Shown: positions 30,488 to 42,085 of the stretch, piece after piece
How the letters are laid out: each line of letters begins with the position of its first letter
How positions within the stretch are numbered: the stretch's first letter is position 1
From: the human T2T-CHM13v2.0 reference genome, Homo sapiens
Assembly (NCBI GenBank): GCA_009914755.4
Contig: CP086569.2
Span: forward strand, 3,712,001 to 3,776,000
Reading direction: 5' to 3'
Length of the DNA: 64,000 nt
Position numbers and translations under genes: made by a program
The notes under the pieces: model-generated
The model's database searches: none
What the model was told of the DNA's origin: nothing
The model's input: the letters and a program-made list of their open reading frames with translations, nothing else

Positions 30488-31914
30488 ATTGCATTTCTTA
30501 ATCTCAAAGGTTTGATTGGGGTCTTTTAAACATCTTCCATGTCTGTATAAAATAATTATAATTATTTTCTCTAATCTCATAATTCTAAAATCTGTGTCAA
30601 ATCTGGGTCAGTTTCAATTGATTAATTTATCTCTTTAGAATGGGTTAAACTCTTTTGAGTCTTTGCATGCTTAAGAAATTTTTATTGGTTGATGTATACA
30701 TTGTGAATTTTACATTATTCAGTGCTAAATATTTGTGAATTCTTAAAAGCATTTTTGAGCTTCATTCTAGAACACAGTCAACTTACTTGTAAGAGTTTGA
30801 TCCTCTTGAGTCTTGTTTTTAAGGCATTTTAGGCAGGCTCAGAATAATGTTTAGCTTAAGGTTATTTCCCATGAATCATAAAATATACGAATGAGTACTC
30901 CTTCCAATTTTCCATGAATCAAAGACTTTTTTGTCTGTCTTGTGGAAACAGAAACTATTTTTGGTTCTGTGTGACCGCTGAGTACTATCCCCTCTGTTCA
31001 TTTTTGGCAATTCTTTTTCCACCCTAAGGTGGTTGACTTTGTGAATGCCAGTTTTCAGCTGACTATTCAAGATGGACTCTTTGCAGATCTGTAGATTTTT
31101 TTTTCTTTTCAGTTTTCTCCTCTCCAGCACTCTGTCTGAAAAAAATTGAGATGCCTTAACCTTTGTGGATTCTATCTTCAACTCAGAAAGTCTGCTTTGC
31201 TCTTTCTGGCGTCTGGAAACTTTTGCAAAGCAGTAGCTGGTGCAATCAGAGTCTCATTTGTTTATTTATTCTATCTCAAAGATCACTGTCCTCTGTTGTC
31301 TGATGTACAGTGTTTTGTAAAACTGTTGTTTTATATATTTGTCAGTTTTTTGGCTGCTTCATGTATGAGGGTAATTCTGGTTTCTGTACCTCCATCTTGG
31401 CCAGAACTGTAAATTAACACATGCCTAATTTTATTATATACATTTTTTATAATCTTACTTTCTTATTCAGGTTTATTGTTGACTAATTTGTGAGAGACTC
31501 TCTACAACATCTTTTATAGTCAGAATTCTTTTAATATTGTATATATGACTAAGTAGCTGATCATTAAAGTCCTTTGACAGGCACTCATTTAAGTTTCTTA
31601 TATTTATTTCTTAGTAAACATCTATTGTGCGTCTACTGTGTGTAGGTGCTATAGAGATTATAGAGACACATTAAATTTACATCCTCTTTCAAAAAGCTTA
31701 TATTCTCATAATCATTAAACAAAACACACTAGATATAAATAAGGCTTATTAGAGAGATATAAGAAATATGCAGAGTTACAAAAATTCAGAGCTACTTGTT
31801 TCTGTGCAAAACCTAAGGGGACTTTCTGCATCCCACAACATTATCATTTAAGATATGCATTTATTAACATATTTGAACAAAATTACTTCTACAAAAATGA
31901 TAATTGCTTGTTGG

Positions 31915-32035
31915 TTTTTGTATAAAAAATGAATGTGCTTATTTCACATTTCATGCCTATATCAGAACATCTCATGTACCCCATAAATATATACACCTAC
32001 TATGTACCCAAAAATATTTTTAAAATTTTTTAAAA
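31915..32035 (+). mobile_element. L1 3'-terminal fragment
   Basis: tgcttatttcacatttcatgcctatatcagaacatctcatgtaccccataaatatatacacctactatgtacccaaaaatattttt recurs almost verbatim at 37150-37250 (the end of another L1) and at 21930-22000. Confidence 0.75.
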
Positions 32036-32107
32036 AGAAATGGGCCAAACTGTTAGTAATTACTCTATTCTTTTGGTGAATTAGGGTTCTTCAGAGAAAC
32101 AAAACAG

Positions 32108-32170
32108 ATAGGATATAGACAGATAGAGAGATAGACAGATAGATAGACAGACAGAGATAGATGAGAGAAG
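32108..32170. repeat. (GATA)/(GACA)-like tetranucleotide microsatellite
   Basis: cagataggatatagacagatagagagatagacagatagatagacagacagagatagatgagag. Confidence 0.85.
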
Positions 32171-32189
32171 GTTTACCATGGGAATTGAC

Positions 32190-32585
32190 TCACCTGTTTA
32201 TGGAAGCTGAGAATACCCACTGTATACGACCTGCAAGCTCAAGAACCAGCAAAGCTGTTAGCTAAGTCCAAGTTCAAAGGACTGAGAATTTGGGTGGCTG
32301 CTGGTGCAAAGTTTAGATGAGAAGATGGGTGACCCAGCTCCAGAAGAGATAGCAAATTCACCTTTCTTCTGCCTTTTTGAAAATCTGAGCCCTGAATAGA
32401 TTTGGTGCCTGCCCATATTGGATGAGTGCAGATTTTTCTTACCCAGTTTACTGACTATGATGTGAATCTTTCCCCATAACACCTTCACAGACATACCCCA
32501 AAATAATGCTTTACCAGTTATCTGTATTTCTCTTAACCAAGTCAGGTTGATACCTAATATTAACCACCACACATCCACTCCTCAT
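32190..32585 (+). mobile_element. MaLR-type LTR, same family as 2458-2960
   Basis: ggtttaccatgggaattgactcac...gtttactgactatgatgtgaatctttccccataacaccttcacagacataccccaaaataatgctttaccagttatctg...caagtcaggttgatacctaatattaaccaccacac aligns by eye with 2440-2960. Confidence 0.5.
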
Positions 32586-33738
32586 CAATGTGGCACCCGT
32601 ACACATCTCCTTAAACCATAATTAATCTCCAAATAAAGACAATAACAATCCCATAGTTGTACCCAACATTACACAGCTACCCTGCTTACAATCATACATG
32701 TACAAATATCTTCCCCAGAAGAGAAGATGAAGTCCTTGAGTGATGTTTACTCTTCTGATATCCCTTAACTTAAATATTATAATTTAAAATTAATACTACT
32801 TTAATACTGATATAAAGTCAATAAATCTTAAGTTTCATGATAAAGGAATAATGGAGAAAAAACAAAGATACTTGATTAATAGATGTACATATATATATAT
32901 ATACACATACTCACATAACATAATGGCATTCTTATCAAAAAGCAGGACATACTCATGACAATTACAGTCTTCAGTACTGTAACCATTCATATGGTCATAG
33001 CTGGTATTTGTAACTATTTTTTTCTACTACACATTCTGTATTCCCTTTGCCTCCAGGAAGCACCTCAGCAAGTGGTAGTTTTTTTAACCTAGTAGGGCGA
33101 TCTAAACCTTCATTTCATAAGAGTCTGAGGTATTTATAGTCCTGCCTGGATTATGTTTTTGCAGTTTCCTATTGACCTTACTCACAGGGCATGGTAGCAC
33201 GTAGAGACACCCTAAAGAATCTACTGTATTCCAGGAATACTCTTTCTTATCTCCATTGTGGAGAAATAGTTCAATTTCCTTTTGATAGTCTGAATCACTT
33301 ACCCCAGCCAACACCATACCTCACTTGACTTACAGACTGAAAGGCATGAGGAGCTGGAAATAACTTGGTAATACTCTTAACTTCCAGTTCAATGGAATCA
33401 CTATTGTGCCTCCCAGTGAAAGCATTTCTTCTTCTGGAACTAAGATCCCTAAGCCGGCAGAGCATAAAATTGTGAAAACAGAAAGCAAAAATTTTGTAAT
33501 TGGTCACTAGGAGTAATTGTGAGTTGTGTCATGCCCATTTCTACATCTTGATTCCTAGACCAGTGAATTCTGGTAATGGGAAAAACAGTATTATATATTG
33601 GACACTGATTTATGGCATATATCCCCTTCTGGAGAACTTTGCCCTAGGTCTCCTAGATATTACCACCTAGTCAGCACTGTTACTGAATATTGAATTGTTA
33701 TAATAAATATTATTAATAATTAATAATTTCAAAAATTA

Positions 33739-33890
33739 TCCCATTGTTCTATCAAGCCATCTGCTTTGGTAAGGTGAAGAACATTGTAATACTAGTAAAG
33801 TTCATGAGCATAAACCCATTGCCACACTTTTTTGACTGTGAAGTTAATTCCTTGGTCAAAAACAATACTGTGTGGAATGCCATAACTATA
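33739..33890 (-). mobile_element. Retroviral integrase catalytic-core remnant (ERV internal sequence)
   Basis: The reverse complement translates to GIPHSIVFDQGINFTVKKVWQWVYAHELY.YYNVLHLTKADGLIEQWDG. This carries the integrase core DDE-region pattern (G.P..I.SD.G..F...........I....PYHPQS.G.VER-like, here ...LTKADGLIEQW). Confidence 0.6.
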
Positions 33891-33989
33891 GATAAAGCAT
33901 TCTATAAGTTCAGGGACGGTAGTTTTGGCAGAAACATTGAGTACAGAATAGGCAAATTTATATTCAGAATAAGTGTCTATTCCAGTGTC

Positions 33990-34410
33990 CTATTTCATTT
34001 ACATTTATCTAAAGAAATACCTGAAGCTGGGCAATGCATAAAGAAAAGAGGTTTATTTGGCTCACTCTTCTGCAAGCTGTATAGGATGCATGGCATGAAC
34101 ATGTGCTTCTGGTTAGAACTTCAGAAAGCTTCCACTTATGATGAAAGGGAAAAAGAAATTGATGTGTGCAGATCACATGGTGAGAAAGAAGCAAGAGAGA
34201 GGGGATAGAGGTGCCGGATTTTTTTTAACGATTGTATCTCACAGGAACTAATAGAGTGAGAAGTCACTCATTACTTCAATAATGGCACCAAGTCTTTCAT
34301 GAAGAATCCACTCACATGACCAAAACACCTCACGCCAGGCCCTACCTTCAACATTGTGGATCAAATTTCAACATGATATTTTGAGGGGACAAATATCTAA
34401 ACTGTATCAT
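33990..34410 (+). mobile_element. LTR-like repeat (MaLR/ERV-L type), copy A
   Basis: ...aaatacctgaagctgggcaatgcataaagaaaagaggtttatttggctcactcttctgcaagctgtataggatgcatggc...gatcacatggtgagaaagaagcaagagagagggg...ggccctaccttcaacattgtggatcaaatttcaacatgatattttgaggggacaaatatc. Copy B is closely similar. Confidence 0.55.
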
Positions 34411-34429
34411 TCAGTAAATGCAAAATGCT

Positions 34430-34700
34430 GGCCCTTCCATGATGGCAGTGGTCCAATGTAATCAACCTACCACCAGGTAGCTGGCTGATCACCCTGGAGA
34501 ATGGTGCTGTACTTGGGGCTCATAATTGGCCTCTGCTGTGACAGATTGGTTACTCAGCAATAGTCACAGCCAATTTGTCCATGGTGAATGCAAGTCCATG
34601 TTGCTGAGCCCATGCAGAAACTCCATCTCTGCCACCAAGGCTACTTTGTTTATGAGCTCATTGGGTGATAACAGAGATGACTGGGAACAAGGCTTGCTGG
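34430..34700 (-). mobile_element. Possible integrase N-terminal (HHCC zinc-finger-like) remnant of the same ERV
   Basis: One reverse-complement frame gives ...TWTCIHHGQIGCDYC.VTNLSQQRPIMSPKYSTILQGDQPATWW... with H-H...C..C spacing like retroviral integrase N-termini. This is a weak call. Confidence 0.3.
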
Positions 34701-35169
34701 TATCAACAATATGGGTCATATTTGATTATTAAACAATCAACTTGATATTAAAATTTTTCTCTGCTGAGGTCATGCTTTGTTAAGCATTCATATGAAACAT
34801 AAACATATTTGTGTTCTTTGTCCATTCAGAGAGGTCTACCCACATACCTCTTCCCCAAATACCTTTGTAAGCAGTTTTTCAATCAAGTTCTTTCCCAGTT
34901 CCATACCATCCAGCCAAAACTTTGGCTATAGTCCATGTGTGGTTATGGAATCTCATATCTGGCCATTTTCCTTTCCAAGCAAAGTACACAATCTCGTGCA
35001 CTGTCTGAAGTCCTGCCCACTTACAAGGTTTTCCTCCACTATTGCCCTTCAGGAATATTCCAGAAAGGGGCTATAGTATGTTAGCTGTTAACTTTGGACT
35101 GCTGCCTGAATATTAAGCAGAAAGATCTGTGAACCAGCCCAATTTTCTTCTTCTGTCAACTAATCATAG

Positions 35170-35600
35170 GGTGTATTAGTTTCTTTGTGTTGCTACACAG
35201 GAATATCTGAAGCTGGTTAACTTATAAGGAAAATAAGTTTATTTGGCTCACAGTTCTGCAGGCTATACATGAACCATAGTGCCAGCATTTGCTTTTGATG
35301 ATGGTTTCAAGAAACTTACAGTCATGGTGGAAAGTGAAGGGAAGCCAGGATGTTACATGGTGAGAGAGGAAGTAAGATAGAGGAGAAGGGGTTGCCGGGC
35401 TCTTTTAAACAACCAGATCTCATGTGAAGTCCTAGAGTGACAGCTCACTCATTACTGCGAGGACAGCACCAAGACACTCATGAGGGATTCACCTCCATGA
35501 TGCAAACTCTTCCATTAGGCCTCACCTCCAACATTGGGGACCACATTTCAATATGAGATTTAGAGGAAATACACATCCAAACCATATTATAGGGTACTCC
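35170..35600 (+). mobile_element. LTR-like repeat (MaLR/ERV-L type), copy B
   Basis: tagggtgtattagtttctttgtgttgctacacaggaatatctgaagctggttaacttataaggaaaataagtttatttggctcacagttctgcaggctatacatgaaccatagtgccagcatttgc...tacatggtgagagaggaagtaagatagaggagaagggg...cctcacctccaacattggggaccacatttcaatatgagatttagagg. Confidence 0.6.
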
Positions 35601-35849
35601 CCATAACACTATAGGTTGGAGAGAAGGCTGGGAGAAAGAAGTCAGTGTACAGTGTAACAGGAGTAGGAATCACGGACATTTAAGCCACTTCTACATTTAA
35701 CTTACTTGTAGCCTTTACGGACTACTCAGGCCTGATATATATGGAAGAAAAAAGGGTTAATTTAATTTTGCAACTTCATTTATGGATTTTTTTGTGAGAC
35801 AAGGGAAAGAAATATAAAAGATCAGCTTATTTTGTGTGTATCCACACAC

Positions 35850-37260
35850 TTAATGGGAACTCATTTTCAACAAAGTTGCCAAGAATATTGGGGAAAAGTC
35901 AGTCTTCAATAGCTGATGTTGGGAAACTGGATATCCACATGCAGGAGAATGAAACTAGACCCCTATCTCTTGCCATATACAAAACGTGAATCAAAATAAA
36001 TTAAAGACTTAAGTCTAAGACCTCAAACTATGAAATTACTATAAGAAAACTTTGAGAAAAATCTCTAGGACATTGGTCTGGACAAACATTTCTTGAGCAA
36101 TACCCCACAACCACAGGCAACCAAAGCAAAAACGGACAGCAAATGATACAATCCACAAAATGAAGAAACAGTAAATAGAATGGGAAAAATATTTGCAAAT
36201 TACTCATCTGATAAGTGATTAATAACCAGAATAGAAAAGGAGTTCAAACAATTGTATAGGTAGAAATGTAATAACCAAATCAAAAAGTAGGCAAAAGATT
36301 TGATCAAAAGAAAACATACAAATGGCAAACAGGCATATGAAAAAGTTCTCAACATCATAGAATATCAGAGAAATGTAAAATAAAAACTACAATGAGATGT
36401 CCTATTATCCCAGTTAAAATGGCTTATAACCAAAGACAGGCAATAACAAATGCTTGTCAGGATGTGGAGAAAAGGCAACCTTTGTACACTGTGGGTGGGA
36501 ACGTAAGTTAGTACAACCACTAAATAGAACAGTTTGGAAGTTTCTCAAAACACCAAAAATAGAGCTACTATATGATGTAGCAATCCCACTGTTGGGTATA
36601 TATCCCAGAGAAAGGAAATCTGTCTAAGAAAGAGATATCTGCACTTCCATGTTTGTTGTAGGACTATTCACAACAGTTAATATTTGGAAGCAACCTAAGT
36701 GTTCATCAACATATGAATGAATTAAGAAAATATGGAACATAGACACAATGGAGTAATATACAGCCATAAAAAATATGAGATCCAGTCATTTGCAATGACA
36801 TGGATGGAACTGGAAGTCATTATGCTAAGTGAAACAAGCCAGGCACAGAAAGACAAACATCATGTGTTTGAACTTATTTGTGGGATCTAAAAATCAAAAC
36901 AATTGAACCTATGAGCACAGAGAGTAGAAGAATGGTTACCAGAGGCTGGGAAGGGTAGTGGGGGTGATGGGGACAAGGTTGGATAGTTAATGGGTACAAA
37001 AAATAGAAAGAATGAATAAGACATACTATTTGATAGCATACCAGGGTGACTATAGTCAATAATAAATTCATTTTAAAATAGCTAAAGGAGTGTAATTGAA
37101 TTTTTATAACACAAAGGAAAAATGCTTGAGGGGATGGAAACTACATTTTTTTAAATATGTCATTATTTCATATTGCATGCCTGGATCAAAACATCCCATG
37201 TACCCCATAAATATATACACCTGCTATATACTCACTAAAATTAAAACTTAAAAAAGGATC
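35850..37260 (+). mobile_element. L1 3' portion (ORF2 C-terminal region plus 3' UTR), older primate subfamily
   Basis: ...ctaagacctcaaactatgaaattactataagaaaactttgagaaaaatctctaggacattggtctggacaaa... ...ggcaataacaaatgcttgtcaggatgtggagaaaaggcaacctttgtacactgtgggtgggaacgtaagttagtacaaccactaaatagaacagtttggaagtttctcaaaa... ...gtaccccataaatatatacacctgctatatactcactaaaattaaaa. Confidence 0.9.
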
Positions 37261-38624
37261 ATACCTTTTGTTATATCATCTCACAATAAAAATAATGACA
37301 TTTAACTGAAACGCTACATTTATTAATGTAAAAACAGCAAACTCTGCTTTAGATTTACAGAGATCTAGAAAAAAATAATTTAATAAAAGTGTCCTAACCA
37401 TAGGAGTTCAGAGCACACTTAAGAGTTTCCACTCAAGTTCTCTTAAATAAGAGAGTCCAGTGAAGAATGAATCAATCTGCTGAACCTATAGACACCACAA
37501 GCACTTACGATTTTTACTCCTCTACTCGACCTCTTATTATGTCAATCTCCACCTTGCTTTTTATATTAATTGTAACTAATTTTCTAATTCCTACTCTGTA
37601 TTGGACATATTTTCCACCTTTTACATTGGTGACTTACAGACTCTTGAGGCTTCATTTCCTCCAGCTTCCTGCAATAAAGGCAAGTACCTGGTTCTTACAT
37701 GCATATATAACCTATGTCTCACTTAAAGCCTCCACGTGACCTATAATCACAAATTATACGCTCTTGAAGTCTAACTTGCTTCTCTTAACACGAATCTGAT
37801 TACAGAGGGTATTAAATGACAGACTAAGAAGTTTGAATTTGTATTAGGCAGACAAAAATCAACATTGAGAACATCTGAGAAAATAAATGACATACTACTA
37901 TCAGTGTCTTAAGAAAATGAATCAGTGAACACTCTGCATGGATTAAATGAGGTATTGTATTTAAAATACATTGCACAGGCCTTAACACATATTAAGCATG
38001 TAATATAAATAGGTATTACACAGGGATAGAATGAGTGAGGAGAGCCAGTTTTCAAATGCCAATGTGTGAATTAGAAAAGCTTACAGTTAAGAAATTAGTG
38101 AATATAGCCAAATCATTTTTTGTGAGATATGATAGTTTTGTTTTAGTTTAAAAAATATTTTAAACATAAAGAAAATAATATATAAAATAATAAGCACCCA
38201 TATACCTATCACTCAGTTTTTCAATTGTTACTGTGTGACATTTTAAATAAGAATATAGTCAGAAAATAAAATGATGGAGAATATTACATAATCAATTGAA
38301 GCTGCGATTGATTTTACTGTCTTTCTCCAGATATAACTTCGACCCTTATTTTTTGAATTGTTATTCTGAATGATTTTGTTTTTAATGACATATATGTGTA
38401 TTCTTTAGCTCTATACACATTGATTTGCAATAATTTAAACTTGTATAAGTAATAGCATGAATTCTAATTCTTCTGAAATGTAATGTTTCTGCTCAACAAC
38501 TGTTGAAAATAGTGGTACTAGTCAATCTTAACTAGTCAACACACATAAATGGCACTATTTTCATTATTAAATTTTCTGACTAATAATCACTGAAATAATT
38601 ATTGATATTTTTAAAAATTTTATT

Positions 38625-40010
38625 TTGTTTTTGACACAATAATTGTACATATTTATGGGGTGCAATTTGTTGTTTTGATACATGTATGCATTGTGTAAAG
38701 ACTAAATCAAGGTAATTAACAAGTCCATCACCTCAAACATTTACCATTTCTTTGTGGTGAGAACATTCAAAATTATCTCTTCTTGCTATTTTGAAATGTA
38801 CAAGAAAGTTTTTTGTGCCATGCAATTTGACCATTCTAGGCATTTAAATTCTCATTTATATAAAATTTGATACCTGAAAAGGAGGATGTTAGCATTATTA
38901 ACTTATCTTCTTGACAAAATAGGTAATGTTTCTAATGTTATGCCTTTGGTTTTTGTTCAGGGCAAATATTGTACATAATAAAATGAAAAACAGTACATAC
39001 AACAAATGTCTTTAGTAATTTGTTAATTAAAGAAATGTTGGTATCACTTGAACACTTGATGTCCTGTTATTAGATGATGGTTTATTACTATACTGAGAGG
39101 ATCTTCCCAACTAAATTAAAAGTTTAATCACAATCATGCTAGACCTTTTTATATCTGCATCCTCCACATTAGAATGTCTGTCATTTTTATCATTTCAGTG
39201 TATTATTTATATTTTTCTTATTTTTTATAAATAAAATTGTATTCTCTCAAAACATTTCTATACATAAAGGTTCACTTTTTAAAATGCTACAAATTTGAAC
39301 ATAGTTTGAAAAAATGCATGGTGTCATGTATCCTCCATTATAGCATCATACAGAATGGTTTCACTGCCTTAAAATGCCCTCTACTTTATTTATTCAATGC
39401 TTCCTTTTTCCCCCTAAACTGCTGCTAAGCACTGATCTTTTTACTCTCTATAGTTTTGTTTTTTTTTCATTATGGTGGAAATCATGTAGTATATAACCTT
39501 TTCAGACTATTTTCTTTTACTTAATTATATGCATTTTTAGTTTAATACTTTTTGTGGCTTTCTAATCAATTTATTTTTATCACTGAGTAATATTTTATTA
39601 TATTGATGTATCACTGTTTATCAATTCACCCATTGAAGAACAATTTGGTTGCTTCCAGTTATTGGTGATTATAAATAAATTTTCTGTAGACATTTGAACG
39701 CAAGTTTTTGTGTCGACACAGTTTTCAAATAAGTTGGATGAAAACCTAAGAGCACACTTGTTGGTTTGTTTAGCTGTGTGAGAAATTGCCAAACTGTCTG
39801 CAAAAGTGGCGATACTATCTGTAAAAGTTGCCTTCCACCCAGCCGTGAATGAAAATTCCTATTGTTTCACATCCTCATCAGTATTAGATATTTTTTTTTA
39901 GATTTAACCATTGTAATAGGTGTGTAGTGACATTTAACTCTTGTTTAATTTGTAATTTCTCAATGAAAACTTCTGTTGAACATCTTCTCAAAAACTGGAC
40001 TCATATAGAA
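38625..40010 (-). mobile_element. Old L1 3' region in antisense orientation (3' UTR remnant 38625-38850, ORF2 C-terminal remnant about 39590-40010)
   Basis: ttgacacaataattgtacatatttatggggtgcaatttgttgttttgatacatgtatgcattgtgtaaagactaaatcaaggtaattaacaagtccatcacctcaaacatttaccatttctttgtggtgagaacattcaaaattatctcttcttgctattttgaaatgtacaa parallels the antisense 3' end of older L1 families. 39600-39900 reads ...ccattgaagaacaatttggttgcttccagttattggtgattataaataaa...gaaattgccaaactgtctgcaaaagtggc...cattgtaataggtgtgtagtgacatttaactcttgtttaatttgtaatttctc, which is L1 ORF2 antisense text. Confidence 0.6.
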
Positions 40011-40659
40011 ATTTTAAGATCTTCCTTTCAAAGTGATATTTGGAAAACAATAGATTCAATCATGAAGTCAGCTAGTCACTAGGTCTAGAACTGTACATAT
40101 ATCCTCCTTATTCCTGAGACTGCAGCTTCTTTTTAATGTACATTTCAGGTTTTTGGAAGTGATGTGAAACAACCTATTTTCCCAGTTTATTTTTTAGTGG
40201 GAGAGGTTGGTACCTCCCCTAAGGACCAGCTTCAAGCAGTGCTAATGGCCCTAGTTCATCTTCTGGTGTGGGACAATTTTAGCCCCTTTATCCCAATTGA
40301 GCTTAGATCTAGTCTATCATGGCCTGTCTTCTGATAGAATATCAACAGTCCTGTGGCTTTAGCTCCATTTTCTGCTTTGAGTTTGTTTTCATTTTTTTCC
40401 TTGTCTACAGACTTTTTATTTGTTTAAACGCAGTTATATATTTTTGAATACTTACATATTGAACATACATTTTATATATATATATATAATATATATAATT
40501 GCTATGTGTTTATATCATGTGAGGACATAGTGTAATATGGACCCTATGATGCCCACTTCTATGTTTGTTCCTTTGTTAATCCTCTCCCCACTGACTGTTG
40601 CCAGAAACTGTGGACTGCTTCTTTCCAATAGAACAGGAAAGGTGATGGGATATCATGTT

Positions 40660-41020
40660 TGTGATAATGTTACATAAGATTGTATCCTGTCTTCTAGGAG
40701 ACTCTCACCATTGTTGGTTTGAGGAAGCAAGCTGCCCTGTTGGGAGCTGCCCTGTGGTAAGAAACTGAAGGCAGTCTCTGGCTGGTCACCAGCAAAAATC
40801 TGTAGCTCTTAGTCTGGCAGCCTGCAAGGAACTAAATGCTCTCGACAATTATGTATGTGAGCCTGGAGGTGTATTCTGCTGTAGTCAAATCTTAGGGCCT
40901 TAGATGAGAGTCCACCCTGACTTACACTTTGATTGCAGCTTTGAAGAGAACTCAGCTAAGCCATGTCAGGACTCTGGAACAACAGAAACTGTGAACAATT
41001 AAACATCAGACACAATTTTT
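40660..41020 (+). mobile_element. MaLR LTR-like fragment (MLT1-type), same family as 28250-29290
   Basis: ...gaggaagcaagctgccctgttgggagctgccctgtggtaagaaactgaaggcagtctctggctggtcaccagcaa...gtccaccctgacttacactttgattgcagctttgaagagaactcagctaagccatgtcaggactctggaacaacagaaactgtgaacaattaaa matches the remembered consensus gaggaagcaagctgccatgttgtgagctgccctatggagaggcccacgtggcaaggaactgagg... Confidence 0.55.
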
Positions 41021-41689
41021 TAATGTGCCTGTAAGCTTACATACGTGTTGTGTTGTGTGTGCTGGTGGAGAGGTATTACTGGTGTCTTTAACTTCACACC
41101 ACACAGGTACCTTCTCATTTCACCATCCAGTATTAATAAATAATGGGTTTTCACTCAGCACATTTATCTTCCCTGATTTATTACCCTTCATAGCAATTAT
41201 CCATATCTGAAAGACTGCCTATATTGTTAGTTCCCGTATTTATTGCCTATCTCCCGAAAACCGGAATATAACTTATATGAGCAAAGGGATTTTTGACTGT
41301 CTTTGTCTGATCCCTAAATAGTATTTGCCCTATACTAGACACAACACAAGTGATATTTTGCACAAATAAGGAATGTATATTACCCCAAAGGGAGAATTAC
41401 TGAAAATTAGTAAATTGACATTCAATGGCATTTTTTTGCCATAAAAACAAAAAGAAGAGTATATTGCTGATATCTTATTGAAAGCAAATAATGTGTAGGC
41501 CAAAATATCATTATGTTTATGATTTCACCATAGTACTATGGACACTGGGCTGTGTTTTATGATGGAGAAACACATATAAAGTAATTGTTAAGAGTTAGAC
41601 CTCTGGAACTGGTAAACTCAATGGGAATTTTAATTCCCATTTACCAGACTTTGAAGTATTTAATCTGTCTAATCTTAGTAGCATCATCT

Positions 41690-41980
41690 ATAACATGGTG
41701 ATGAAAATAGAGGCTATACCATACAGCAACTGATAATATTAAATGAGATGATACAAGGTAAGGATTCAGTATGGTGCCTAGAATATAGTTAAGTACTCCA
41801 TAAATGGTTGATCTTACTAGTACTGTGAAATATCTCATTACTTACCAGTCAGTAGATGCAGTTTAATATTTTGCTTAATTATATTGGTTCAGGCATCAAA
41901 CACACCTGGGTTTGCATCTCAACTCCACCTTATACCAGCTTTGTGACTTTGGGCATATTATTTGACTTTTAGGAGCACTG
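41690..41980 (+). mobile_element. Two MIR fragments (3' half 41690-41830; 5' half 41885-41980)
   Basis: gaaaatagaggctataccatacagcaactgataatattaaatgagatgatacaaggtaaggattcagtatggtgcctagaatatagttaagtactccataaatggttg corresponds to the MIR 3' half. cacctgggtttgcatctcaactccaccttataccagctttgtgactttgggcatattatttgac corresponds to the MIR 5' half. Confidence 0.6.
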
Positions 41981-42085
41981 CTGTGAAACTGGCATACAAT
42001 ACCTTCTTTTTTTTAATTTAAAATAATTTACTTTAGAATTTGTAGTTAATTATATTTAACCTAGATAAAATTTACCTGGACACAT

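Noticed and set aside
33744-34208. 154-aa plus-strand ORF
   Set aside because: It lies on the strand opposite a retroviral integrase remnant and runs into an LTR-like repeat. Its composition is unremarkable with no domain features. It is a chance ORF in TE-derived sequence.
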